Assembly (NCBI RefSeq): GCF_000181795.1
Contig: NW_003526941.1
Coordinates: 62,001 to 126,000 of the forward strand
Source: Trichinella spiralis
Taxonomy: Eukaryota
DNA: 64,000 bases
Reading direction: 5' to 3'
Shown here: in pieces, positions 30,803-45,178 of the stretch
Position numbering within the stretch: the stretch's first letter is position 1
How the letters are laid out: each line of letters begins with the position of its first letter
Program-made: the position numbers and the translations under genes
The notes under the pieces: model-generated
Told to the model about the DNA's origin: nothing
The model's database searches: none
Seen by the model: the letters and a program-made list of their open reading frames with translations, nothing else

Positions 30803-33790
30803 CTAATAGCGTCGACTGGCAGAACTTGACGCGTACTTGTTGTAGTTAGTAAAACGATCACTGCTACCATAGCCAGAATTTGCTGGTGGTCCATAACTAC
30901 CGCCTGGTTGCCAACCACCACCCCCACTGGTACCGGGTGGTCCGCCACCGCCACCACTTCCACTGCCTTGAGTCAATGCAGAACGATTCCAAGGCATTGC
31001 ACTAGAACTTCCAGCAGAGCTAGACCATGCTTGACCACCATGACCACTAGACTGTGCATAACCATTTCCACTGGTTCGACTCCCAATTGTCCAAGATGAA
31101 TTATTACGAGACGCCGAAGGATGCAAATCATTTCTACCTCGACGTGGAGACGGTGGTCCGCGACGTCCATCCGCAGTACGGCCAACGTTCATTTCACCTC
31201 GAGAGGGTCGATGATCCCCACGGCCGCTGTAAGACGATCGGTGATCCGGTCGATAATCGTACCGTTCAGCAGCACTGCGACGGATATCACGTTCAGTATA
31301 TTCAAGACGTCTGCAGATATAATAGAATCAAATGCAATGTGTTGTGAAAAACAAATGAAAACAAAAATTAATTATTTTAAACACATATCTATCAAATTTA
31401 TTACTTTCCTCCAGCAGGCCTTTCACGCTGCATCATTCGCGAATCATACACAGGGCCCGAACCATAAGCTGGGCGCTTCGTTGGAGAAAACGACTGTTCA
31501 AATGATCGCTTCACAGACATTGCCGTATTTGAAGGAGGTGGTACTCTGAGAATTTATTTAACAAATAATTATAAAAAATTCATACTAGAAAAAATATTCG
31601 CTAACCTTTCATATGCTATACGCATTTTCTGTTGCTGTAATTCTAACTTCTCTCGTTCTAAACGCTCCCGATCTGCTCTAAAATCAGTAAAACAACTCTG
31701 ATTGATACACATGACCAAAATAAGAACATGATATTGAAATTAACAATTAAGCAAAAAGTAAATAATTTTATAAATTTCAAATTAAATACTATCTATATTA
31801 ATTAATAAATAATAAAAAACTAACTAACTAACCTTAAACGAGCTCTCTCCCTTTCAAGCCGCAAATGTTCTTCACGCTGAATATGCTCTCGCTCACGCAT
31901 TCGCATTTTCTCAAGCTCTGCTTCACGATTATAATGTTCGTCAAAAAATCTCGGACGTGCGTTCACAAAACGTGAAGAATAACCTCGAGACGCATAACGT
32001 CGCGAATACATCCCACGCACTGGCCTTCGAAAAACACGATCCACTCCTGATCGGGTCCTTGCTTTGTAATCTCTATCCTGATTGCGTTCATCATGGGAGT
32101 AGTTTCGACGATGCTCGTTGCGCGTATCTTAAATATTGAAGAAAAAATAAATTGAAACGAAATTTTATCCATAATTTAAGAGTCATTATCATTATTATTT
32201 AATCGCATTACAGTCTCGTTTGGAACGCTTTTCGTCTCTCGACCGTCCTCTCGATTCAGAGCGAGATGCGCGAGATCTTCCATCTCTTTTACTACCTAAG
32301 AGTGATAAGACAGTATTTAGAGAGTAGAGTAATAAGACATCCATCATTTAATCACAAATTTCAACATAATTCTGCTAATCGTAAAACAATGCTACAAAAA
32401 AAAGCACAAAATTATTCAACTTGTCATCTGTATTATATACTTGTGAACTGTTTTCTTAACAAAGTAACTCAAATCATGCAGTATAATTCATACCTGCGAC
32501 AGATTCATTTGTTCCAGTTTCTCCTTTACATGCGGAATTGGTGTCTCTATTTGCTGACGATTCACTCGACGCAGCTTTTTTGTCATTTTGCCCAACTGGA
32601 ATTTTCACAGGCATTACTTTTTCATTTACAGCCTAAATAAATTAACATTAAACGTTCAAAGCAGAAACTGAAATTATTATCCCTGTTTACTTACTTCATC
32701 GACAGATATAACTTTTCCCATAAATTCTGATAGATGGAGACGCTGAATACATTCTACCGCTTCGCCCGCAGATGCCATTCTAATGTAACCAAAGCACTGG
32801 GAACCTGGTGATTTCGCGTGTGTTACTATTTTCGCTAATTCTACTGTCCCGTATTGAGAAAAAAGTGTCTAAATTATACAAACATATAGATATATATATA
32901 TATATATATAGCCTTATATGTGCATAATGATGAAAGGTACGCTAAACACAATAAAAGTAAGATTATTGAACAGTAAGAAAGAGGAAAAATATTACTGACA
33001 TTAAATTACCCAGAACTAGATAGGGAAAATCAACATCTACTATAAAGATGTAATGATGTAAAAAGCAAAAAAATAATCGAAGAAAGACCTTACCTTTAAA
33101 TCTGCTGCACGAGTAGTGTTGGAGATTCCGGAAACCCACAGACTTCTAATAGAAGAAACTTCTAAAATATCAAACTTGTACTTCTTAAAATTCACTGCAA
33201 ATTCAATAAGAAAACATTACTCGATGGTTCATTCGCAGTATCACGTTCATTACTTTCTTCTCCTTCTTCTTGAACATCCCTAAATATTTCAAAAATGATA
33301 ATATAAATCAATGTAAACAATAAAACACTGCAAAAAAAGTAACCACTTAAAACGATAAAACTAAAAACGCTGCTAATAAAGTAAATAATAAAAATAATGC
33401 CTCACGCTTATGCTTGAAATCTCTAAAAATAACAACATCTTTAATTCAGGGATATCCTAAGTGACGACGTACATTAGTAGACTGATTCCAATAGTCAAAC
33501 TATATTTTGAATTCTAAATTTGGTATAAGACAAAGAGAGAATCAACTCAAACATAACACATATTCTCTATTATTAAATGACGTAAAACGTAATAAAAAGA
33601 AATAAATTATTATTGTAATATTCATGCCAAGCGTTCATGTTCACTGATGTTCAACCGAACGCCAACAAGCCGGCTGGCCATGAGCAGATTTTTTTTCTGC
33701 AGGTTCCTCCTTTTTGAATTATATTATTTTTAGTCGCATCCAAATGCTGCTGAGAGGGGAAGTAAGACCGACAAGAAGAGGGGGAGCGCA

Positions 33791-33825
<35 letters not shown>

Positions 33826-36096
33826 GAGCGAGCGAGAGAGTGGGAGAGAATTTACAAAGTAGTCAATGTCCAACAATTGTCCACAAAGTTGCATACAGAA
33901 TGCTCTTAGATGGAATTGGAAACTCGAAGAACTGAAATAAATTTTCATATACTTTTCAACAACCAACCTCTGGTGAGCACTGTCGGCTGGTGATTCCTCC
34001 ACGGCAGGTTCGCCACATGATCGTTCATCTGCTTCAAAGCATTCCGCTGACGCGTCGACTTCAATACTATCAGCGTAAAGACGTTCATCGTCATCTGCAA
34101 CGAGCTCCTCGTCATCTTCGTAACCTCTCTCCTTCTCATCTTCTTCTTCATCAATCTGCCCGTGCTGCATAGACATTTCGCTAAACAGCATACCATCATT
34201 TTGTTCTAAATCTACGACTGTGGACTCTTCTGCGTTGACGTCAGTTGACAGTGTATCTCCCAAAACCACAGGATGGAGAGAATTATGCAGGGTGATGGTG
34301 TCTTCAGCCGTGAATGGACATTTAGGTTCCACTTCTTCAGGACTAGGCACTTTGAAAATGCCAGTCACACTAGTGTCAACTGTAAATCAAGGAAATTAAC
34401 ATTTTAGCACTGCAACAGCAAAAAAACAATTTTGAAGACAAAGGCGCCGAATGCAATATTTAAAACACAAGTATCTTTTAGTATTGCCGTTCGATGTACA
34501 AAGAAGCATTCGAACATATTACAGATGTGATGACTGCGATGGTTCTGAGAATTCAAAATAATATACAATGCAAAATAAACTTTTCCATCACATCTGTGCT
34601 GCTTAAATCTTCTTAACAACGGACATTTTGTTCGGCAATCAAAATTATAACAGTTTCAAAAGTGCATTTCAAACTTGCTTCACAACAAGTCCTACCCATT
34701 GCAGTATGTCTTCAAATGACCACTTCGTGACAATTTTGCAAAACGGACGTCAAAATTAAAATTTTCATCTCAGATCCGTCGATCAATTTTTAAGTAAAAA
34801 AACATGCGCAAATTAAACTATTAAATTAAAAAACTACCAATTGAACTTAGAGTAGTATAATGAAAATTATTCATACCTAGTTGCTCAGATTTCACTGATG
34901 ATACATCACAAGTCTCCATCGTTTCCATCTGCAAAAAACAAAAGCTAGCAAAACGTTCACATATTCATTCAAAAAAAAAACAAGTTGAAAAAAAAACAAA
35001 TTCACACTTAAGAATGTTATCAACGAAACATTTAAGAAAAGTTCGAAAACTTTAAAATAAAATACTCCAAAAAAGTTCTCATTACATTCATATTGTCTTC
35101 ATCTTCTTCGTCATCTTCCTGTTCGGCAATATCTTCTTCACCTAAACAATTTTGTTCAAAAAATAGTAATAATTTTAAAAGCGCAAAAACTACATACGCT
35201 CTTTTTTCAGTCTTCTAGCAGCATATTCGGGAACATCAAAGCTGAACATTTCTGGATCCTGACCTTCATTTAACAAAGCCTGCAAAACAAAAAATTTAAA
35301 TAGAAACGCAAAAACAAAATACTTATTATAAAATTAAAAAATAATGTAAGAAATAAAAATCTTCCCAATAAAAGCTAGTTTTATTAGAAAATAATTATTT
35401 CATTTCATATAGACCTGATAATGACCACATAACTGTTAACAGTCGTTGGCTTCGAAACAGGTCATGCATGATACGATACAAACAGAAAAAGATATCATAT
35501 GCACAAAAACAGAGCGCGATGTTCAATTTTAGAAATCTAACACAGACTACATGAATAAATAAATTATAGATTTAAAAGTTAATTGAATTTAATCATAAAA
35601 ATTTAATAAACGATAAACTAGATAATGCAATGCTGAAAAAAGATCAAAATGCACTGAGGTAAGAAATAAAGAAATTTAAGAAAAACAACTGAAACCGTAA
35701 AACCTCATTTCAAATTATTAACCATAAACGTACGCCTAACTTTCGATAAAATCAACAAAAATAAATACTACACTTTTTCAATAAACAATGAACAATGAGG
35801 CGTCTAAAACGAACGATGAAAAAATTATTAAATAATTGTTTTTAATGAAGCAAAAATAAAATTATCAATGACTACTTTTCTCTAAAACGTATATAACGCA
35901 TTAAATATTAAGTATCAACTTCTAGCAAACGTACAAAACTGTAGAAAAATGAGATAAAACATACTGCATGTAAACGGGAATACAATGTCGCTTTATTGCC
36001 GTTTTTATCCAACTGACGCTTGTCCAATTCGTTTTTGAGATCCACTACACGCAACTCAGTTAACCGACGCGAAACAGTACTGCGACTCATATTCAT
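30803..36096 (-). CDS. Scaffold attachment factor B / SLTM-like RNA-binding protein (SAP, acidic region, RRM, RE-rich coil, Gly-rich tail), multi-exon
   Basis: SAP domain LTELRVVDLKNELDKRQL; RRM SLWVSGISNTTRAADLK...CFGYIRM...LHLSEFMGKVISVD; RLERERARLR; Gly/Ser-rich tail ending SSRRY*. Confidence 0.88.
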
Positions 36097-36919
36097 ACGC
36101 CACGAGCTACCAAAATCGCTAGCGGAAACAAAAGATCACTGTTAACAATTACCACAGGGCAACAAAGTTCAACCTGCATACATCTTACTGTAGCAATACT
36201 TGGAGCTTGCTATCGAACAATTAAAGCTTCATAAATTATTTATAATATTAAAAAACCTTTTATAATATATTAATTTATTTTTAAAACGTTTTCCAAAAAT
36301 TATTTACATTCCTAAAGAGTCATGCAAAATTACTACTTCATTACCGTACATTTCATTTATTACGTATTCCTACAGTAATTAAATCATGTTTTATAAATTG
36401 TTGAAATGAATGTACTTGCATAATTTAATATTGCTTTAAAATAAATTTAATTATAATTTTTTTCTACTAACGGCATATGAAAAATAATTATTAACAATGT
36501 CGAATTTCTGAAACCGATGCCGAAACCAAAAATTTGTTCAATAAGCAAGTTTCTTAATAGAAAACTTTATAATTTCAAATTCAGAGATAAAATTAATTTT
36601 TTCCAATATATATATATATACATATATATGCGCATAACTAAAAAAGATCACCTTTCATTCGTCTTTCTATGCAATGTCTTCAAAAATTGAACGATACATA
36701 AATTCATTTTTAAAATCGGAACTACACTATCCGAGCTTGATATTTCAAATTTTCATTAATCAATACGCCAAAAAATTATTTCTAGTGAACTGCATTGCCT
36801 CATATTTCAATTTTTATTATGCCTACTTTTCATTTTGTTTCACCAATGCTGTGAAGTTTACTGTAGCAAATAAATTGCCGAAGATTCTTTTCGTTGGAAA
36901 TTTTTGCAAAATTGGAAAT

Positions 36920-38181
36920 ATGGCCAACTACACAGGATCAATTGCTGATGCAGGTCGTTTAATACACATTGCTAAACGGCGAGAAAGACACCTAGAAGAT
37001 ATTGAGAAGCAGAAACAAAAAATCCAAGCGGAGAAGTCATCTATATTAGGAATAGAGGAAAAATTTAAAGCCCATTACGATGCAGTAGAACAAAAGTTAA
37101 AGTCTAGTACAGTTGGTAATTTTTAAACCGATCACTTTCTGTTAATAACTAAAAATTTCAAAAATTGACTACAGAGAAATAAGTTTCTCGTACTGCATTG
37201 CACGTCGCTCTTTTTCAGGGCTGGTAACCCTAGATGAAATGAAAGCCAAACAAGAAGTAGTTATCCAAGAACGTGAAAAGCTACTTGCTCTAAAAGAAAT
37301 GGAATTAAAACTTCAAGTGGAACAAGAAGAGAATGAAAAAAAGAAAGCACGCGAAGACTGTCAAAAGGTACTTTGCACCGCAAGCCCTGCTATGTCGTAA
37401 AAATATTGCCTGAATCAATTCATATGAAGTGAATATAATTTTTGAATTAAAAAAAAATTATGTAGAGATCCACTTTGTCATTTGATCCTGATGAAGAAGC
37501 AGACGATGAAGAAGTGGACTCTCCTTCTTCGTCAACATTATTAAAGAAAAAGAAAGTTACCAAAGATCCAACAGTTGATACAAGTTTCTTGCCCGATAAA
37601 GAACGAGAAGAGGAAGAGAATAAGTATTTTTGTTGCTTCTTGCATATTATGAATTTGTTTAATGTAATCAAAAGCATTGTAGAATACGCGAACAGTTGCG
37701 TCTTGAATGGACTTCTCTGCAAGAAAATATTAAAAATGAAGAAATCAATATAGCATTTAGTTACTGGGATGGATCTGGTCATCGGCGCGATTTGAAAATG
37801 AAAAAGGGAAATTCAATTCAACAATTCCTGCAACGTGCTTTGGAAATGCTACGGAAAGATTTCAATGAATTGAAAACTGTGTCATCGGACAGTTTGATAT
37901 TTGTAAAAGAGGATTTGATTATTCCGCATTTTCATACATTTTATGATTTCATTGTAACGAAAACGATGGGAAAAACTGGTCCACTGTTTGAATTTGATGC
38001 CGCTGGTGAACTACGTATACGTCAAGATGCTTTGGTAGATACAGCTGAATCTCATCCTGCAAAAGTTGTTTTGAGAAGTTGGTACGAACGCAATAAACAC
38101 ATCTATCCTGCAAGTCGATGGGAACCGTTTGATCCGAACAAAAAATATGAACGAAATGTTGAAGATTTAAGAACATTGTGA
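36920..38181 (+). CDS. FAM50: FAM50/XAP5 family spliceosome-associated protein, four exons
   Basis: [68 protein letters not shown]. Confidence 0.95.
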
Positions 38182-38584
38182 AATACTATGCATTTCCTGA
38201 ATGAACTTGTGAAAACAATTTTTCCTCACCTGACTAGAAATTATATTGTTAAAGCTCATGTCAATAAATGTACTAAATCTTTTACATTAACACGCTGCAT
38301 TATAAATATTATAACAATTCAAGTTTTCCATCAAAATTAACATGAAAAACAAGTTAGAACATTTAATTCAATGCCTAAAATTTATACTATGCAATTCTGT
38401 GACCACTGGTAGAATTAATTCCTCACAAAGCACCGAATTTTCAGCACAAGTTATCACTGAACATCAATCATTGAACATTTTGACGGTACAAAAATTTTGC
38501 GGTATTGTTCGTTCAAAATAATGAAATTAACACGAACACATCGATTCAAATAAAATATAAAACAAAAACTCTCTAAAATTTAGG

Positions 38585-39150
38585 CTAAGATGTTCGCCAA
38601 GCTGTTTTCATATATCGTGCAGTTGTATTTTGATAAACCGGACCAAATAATGGATTCATCTGATGTAAAAACGTTAGTAGCCAAAATGTATAACAGCAGA
38701 CAGCAGTCAGAATGAGCATTACTTGAATGAGACCTAAATTAGTACAGAAATATCGCATCAAACTGTTTTTATATTGCCATTTGACTCAACAAAACGGCAA
38801 ATCATCATTCATGTTAACAAGCTCAATGTTACCAGTCAACAGCATAGACAAATAAATACAAATTATTAATAAATAATCACAAACTTGTTTCAGACGAGTA
38901 ACGTTAGATTATCATGAGTTAGAAATGATAAAAAAAACCTATTTCAAGGGAAATGAAAGGTATCAAAAAAATATGCATTACGGTGAAACTATAAAGTAGA
39001 AATGAATACATTCGTATTTTGAAAAACTTGCTATTAACAAACTCATTCATATTTACCTCGATTTGGCCCTTTAGGTGCAAAAAAACTGCTACATCCAACA
39101 GCAAACCAGAACAACGTAACCACAGAAAGCGCAACCTCATTTCCAGCCAT
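38585..39150 (-). CDS. V-type proton ATPase V0 subunit e (ATP6V0E/vha-17-like), two exons, 80 aa
   Basis: Exons 39150-39057 (MAGNEVALSVVTLFWFAVGCSSFFAPKGPNR) and 38733-38585 (GLIQVMLILTAVCCYTFWLLTFLHQMNPLFGP...AWRTS*) join in phase; PKGPNRG and CCY.FW....QMNPLFGP are subunit e signatures. Confidence 0.93.
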
Positions 39151-40107
39151 TTTCTTGCAACAGCTAAAATAAAAGTCATACCACGACTATTGCAATACAC
39201 GACCATGATAAGTAAACTAACTAAAACGTTAAATCTTGATAATAATTAACTATATCACTACTGCATTTCCACGCTAGAACGTGTAAACGTAGTAAAATTT
39301 TAAATTAACTACCTTATTAAAGATCAAACTGAAAAGTGATGTTGACTGAGATCAAATATTATTAATATGCCAAACGAGAAAATGCAGTGCTTTATTCTTT
39401 CTTCACTGGCTTTGGAATTAATTAAAATTTCCAAATGAACTGAAATCTAAACTAAAATAATTGATTGCTATGAAAGCAAAACTCAGCAGTAAACAACATA
39501 CTCGTCAACGATGAAAACAATACAGTAAATGATCGTCAAGAACAATATGTATGTCAATAAAGCAGAATAGGGCTGCGATATTTTTGACGAGGAAATTCTT
39601 GGTGCTGTTTATTGCTTCGGGATGTATATACGAATAAGTAAATTAACAAATGAAAATATTTATACAAATGATACGATGCATACATAAGAGAACAGACACG
39701 AAGTAGAACACGCGTAAATTACAACTGCTTCACATTACCTACAGGTTTATTCATACGCTAAACTACTTTCTCTTTTATTTACCGTATCATTTCTGACCAG
39801 TAGGTGTAAACTGGAAATACTGCCTCTAATATGTAAATACCGTAGTGCTAAATGAAAGATACTGGAGATCGCAACTTTTTCTGTATTAATTAAAACTAAA
39901 GCTGATATGAAGAACGAAAACATTTTAATATAATATAAGAATTTTAAAAATAAATTTCCTTTGAATAAGCAAAAAGATAAAATATGTTGGCAGCACCACA
40001 AAAACTAGGAAGCTCGGTAAATAAATAAATAAATAAATATATAAATATATACGCAACTTCCCTAATAAAGCAGTTGGTTATGTAAAATGAATAATATATT
40101 CAAGTGA

Positions 40108-43100
40108 TCAATTCAGCTCTTTCGATGATTCAGCTTGAAAAATTCCAACTGGAAAATATTTGACGTGCGTTTGCCAAAGTGCTGATATCTGGAAAAATTT
40201 CACATCGCTCCATTCGACTCCGTCTATGAAAACTGAAATTAAAAAAAGTTATAAATATTAAACAAATAATAAACAATGAAATCAATTTTTTCATACGATT
40301 CATTCTTGAATTCTGTCGAGAACTACAAATCAGTCGACTAATTCCATCAACTGACTGACTCTTTTGTTCAACTTCAGCTCGATCTTTATTTTTCATTCCA
40401 AGTTTTTGAAGCACTATAGAAAAGAAAATACATTTCTAAATAAATCAATTGAAATAAAATGAAACAATTAAAAATTCAAAAATAACTTCAAACTTCATCA
40501 CTTACTACGTCCACATTAATTGCAAAATATGAAAATAACTGCCGCTTAATTTTCTTCATTGAACATAACACACAACAACAAAATATAAAGCAAATTTTTG
40601 AAGTCAGAACTTATATTTAAAAAATAATAATAACAATAAAAATTATTCTTATTAATTAATAATGATGACCAATTTTGATTATGTCGAAATGTTGATAAAT
40701 TACTTTTGTCTTTCCGTTTTTCTTTGACAAACTGCAGTGACAATGTATGAGGCGAACTAATAAATGGCTCAATGAGGCAAACCAACGGATCAGAAGGGCT
40801 CTTCGATATTGTCAAAGAACGGAACGTCGTTTTCAACGAGTATTTTGCAAGTGTGCTAGTGGCAAAGCACTGAGAATCTTTTTTTGTTGCAACGCCTTCT
40901 GTTGTCTTCAAGCCTGAACTACCAACTAAAATCAAAAGCAAACAATTATTAATTACATAATAATCTACATGTTGCATTTCTTTTTATGTCTAGTACAAGC
41001 AGTGATAAAAACATATCCACGCTTAATTAGCAGATTGAAATAATTGTGAATTGAAATAAGCTTTACCAAGAGAAGAAGGTCCTGGAACAGAGTGAACATT
41101 CGGAGGAGCCCAATATTCGATTTGCAATTCTTTGGCATCAGAAGAACTGAAGAAGAAGAAGAAAAAAAATATATATATATATACATAAACGACGAATTAA
41201 AATAAGTCTACAAGTTGAAATACCCTGAAGTTGTGATTAGATTCGATAAACGATCAACCAGTGGCTCGTTGTGCGGAGAACCTGGTGGAGATGAGTGGCC
41301 AGCAGAGGATACGTCTGCTGCACGCGCGTTGATTAAATTTGTCGACATATTTTGAACGGAAGAAGCTTGACCAGAAAGTGATGATGAATTGTTGGAAACA
41401 ACTTGAGCAGAAGAAAATCCAGATGATGATGAAGGCAAATCTGGCAAATCACCTGAATTTACAGCAGCTGAATGCACAAATAAGAAAAATCAATCAATGA
41501 ATCATCTCCAAAAACGAAATAGGAGAAAACAATGCCAAACCTGATAACGGCTCAGCAGATGCTAAGCGAACGTTCACTACAAACGGTACAAAAATTTGCT
41601 TAAATGCACTAGATGCACTAAAACATCGTTTCAATCAATCAATAGCAAAGTAGCAATAAAAAAGTTATTTAAAAAGTATAATTACTTTTCAGATTTCAAA
41701 TGAATCATCGCTTCGGAAATTGTCAAAGGAAGCATCAATTTAGCAGAGCTCAAATATAACTGCAATCGGCGAACAACTTCATTGACATCTATGAAAGAAA
41801 TATAAAAAAATTGAATATTTTCTTTCGTCAGTCAAATCAGACATTTCAGCAAATGATTGAATACCATTCTCAGATAAATTTGCTTTTTCCCATACTTCAC
41901 GCCAAAATCCATCTCCAAACAAACTGGAATATGTTCGATCAGTAGTCACTAAATAGCGCCACAAAACACAATACTCTATTTAAAAAAATAGAAAGATGAA
42001 AATTGATTCAAATAAAAAAAATTTCAATAAAAACTTACGACAAGCGACGGGGTAAAATCGAATATAATTTAACCAATCGTTTGGTTTTTGCCCAAAATAT
42101 TCAGTATAAAATTCTAAACAGTAACTGAAAAAATGATCTGCACCAATCAGGCATAACTGTATCATTCGTGGATTGGAAGCATTTTTGTTTGAGCTAAACA
42201 ATGCTTTTATTTAGTAAAAGTAAATATATTTCACACCTATCATCAAATCCCCAAATAAAACACTTACAAACGTTGAATCTTATTAACCAGAGTAAAAAAC
42301 AATGTTTTCACATCTTTTTTACTTTTTACCACAAAGTGAATCATATTGTGCTTTTGCAATGCTAATACAACAGCCTAGATTGCAATGAAAAAGAAAATAA
42401 CAAATTAAATGATAATGAAATATAAAATAAAATAAAATAAAATTCAAATTACACTTCTTACTGAACAGTGAAATATTTCCGTGGAAGAAATAAGAAACAA
42501 CGAGTTGGGCAAACTTTCATCATCGGCAGGAAATACACACTGTATCTGTTCAAGTATGCTTGGAATGTTTACTGCAGATGCGGATGCTGCAGCTTGACGT
42601 TGTTTCGAAGCAGCGGAAGTTAAAACTGCGGACGATGAACTGGCTGTCACAGATCTAAGCAATTTTGGACTGTCAAATAATGGAGCGCTGTTTTGATGCA
42701 AAACAGGCTTCAATCTAAATACATTTGGGTTCAATAAAATAATGTATATAATTTAGATGATGAAAACAAAATTGAAATAAAAAAATTCAATGAACCTCAA
42801 TTCTGAACTTTCTGAACCTGATTTGATACTTCTTGCTGATGACGGCTTTCTTCCGTCAGAAATTTCGCTTTGGTAATAAAGTGAAGAAGAAATTTGCTTT
42901 TTCTGTTCCGCATCTGCTGACGCACTTGCAAACTGACCAACATCCACCACTACAACATAATTTACATGCTTGAAATAAATACTAATTAATCTATTAATTT
43001 ATTAAAAACGAACATACTATGCGAATCGGTTGTACCGTTACCAGTGAAAACATTCTCAACGGAATCTTTACTATCATCACTACCAACCTAAAACGATACA

Positions 43101-45178
43101 TTGATTTTGATTTTTCCAATTTTCATCTTAATGCAAATTATTTAACAAAAAATAATTAAATTTAAATAAAATTGACCAAATATTACATGTTTATTTAAAC
43201 CTACATCTCTTAGTGTCGGTAATGTTTCACGAGATGGAAAATAAGGTCTGAGTGAAGGTTTCGGAGTTGAACGCAAACTAACAGCATCATTTTCTTGCTC
43301 CGCTCCAGAATCTGTTAAACTTTCCAATTCTTCAAACAACGCTTCCAATTCTTGCTGTGCGGGTTTTTTGCCAAAATCAACCCCAGAAGACTGAAATAAA
43401 CAATGAATAAATAAATAATTAATTAATTAAATAAACACCTCACACAACAACGAGTATACAGTATTACCTCTTCTTCGGGTATTTTGAACTTTTTCAACAA
43501 AGCGATAAATTTTTGTTTCAAATTTTTCTGATGCAATGCAAATCGAACAGGCATCTGTTGTTGCTGCTGTTGACTTCCAAATCTTGGGGAATGTTTCAAT
43601 CGTGATAAATTTCCAACAGATGGATCGTCAACTATTGGCTCTGAATCAGATGCACCTCCTTCTTCATTACCGGTCCAATCTTCCTCTTCATCATCAGACA
43701 AATCGCCCCCTGATTGATCTACAGAAGTACACACATTAGAACTGCAAAATCCATTCCCAATTGATATTGCACAAGTGCTCAAATATATTCATTATTACCT
43801 TTGGCTTTCGAATCGTCTTGGTCAAGTGGTTGACTACTCAGAGATAATATGTACAATTTACCGGCAGGCTTGGATGCGCAATTTGGATCGTCACTGTAAA
43901 GCGTCAACTCTCGCACAACAGCATTTTGAAGTATCTAATAAAATAATTCAATGCGTAAGAAAATATTCTAAATCTAAAAAAACATATATATATATATAAG
44001 TATACATCTGTTAAATTTATTGCACCCGCAGCAAGAGTTTTATAGCCAAGCATCGGTCGATTTTTATACTTCTTCCTTCTTTGAAGCATTACAATCAAAC
44101 GATTGCTTTGCTTTTTCACAAAATGTGGATACTTAATAAAACGTAAAATCAAAAACCAATTCAAGTTTTTCATCAAAATCAATACTGCAATGCTTTACTT
44201 GAAGAGTAAACGAAATATCCAGATCCACATCAACAATACCGTTGACCGGAAGTACTGCCACGTCATTGGAGCGTAAAGTTCTCTTGAAACCCTTAAAAAA
44301 CATTATCACTGAGCCATAAAGTTTAAAAATTTATTAATATTTAAACAATCACTTGCCTGCAATTTCACTGCAATGACTAAATAACTTAACTCTTGCTCAA
44401 AAGGTCGCAAAATCGTCAGACGATTCAATACAATACAGCAGAGCCTAAATATCAAATTAAAACTATTTACATTTCATTCATTTAATGATCCGAATGCAAT
44501 TTCAAACAACTTAATTATAAGCTAAAAAAAAGCATTGCTACTATGACATCGCATATGTTAAAACTTCGCCTCCGTCTATCTATTGATCAAGATATAATAC
44601 AAAATTTATCAATAACAAATAAGAAAGATTTTTCCAATCAATATACAACCACAAGCACTTTTCGAATATACTTTCACATGTAAACCAATCATATTTATCA
44701 TTCAACAGTGCACCTCCAAAATCTGTTTGTCAGTTTAATTTTGGGAACTGAAAATCGATCTTACACTTCCCCTTAGCACAATGTGCAGTCAATAAATGAA
44801 AATTTTAGCTGGCATTTCTGCAATAATCAATTCTTCAACTTTCATTTTCAAAAAAGGAAAATAACAACAACAATAATACTAATAATAATACAATTTATTT
44901 AATAGTTCAAAGAAGTCAGACACAATTGGAAAAAATTTTCATATTCATCTCCAATGGATGTTGTTCTCTCATTCTGCATTCTGCGCAAATACGAAAAAAT
45001 TATTAAAATATAAACAAAAATTACTAAATTTAAAAATGCAATTATTCAGAAATAGTAAAATTAAAAACGTATAGAAAAATAAAAAGAAAATCTCTTACCG
45101 TGGAACAGAGCTTGAACAGGCTCGATCAATTTCCCACGTCGCAAACAGACGCATCGGAACTACACGGCCTTTTTCCAT
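40108..45178 (-). CDS. Phosphofurin acidic cluster sorting protein (PACS-1/2 family), many exons
   Basis: [109 protein letters not shown]. Confidence 0.93.

Noticed and set aside
36096..36920. Head-to-head SAFB-like/FAM50 (also GAPDH/fumarase) as functional clusters
   Set aside because: Divergent pairs are expected in a compact genome; no specific shared element recognised
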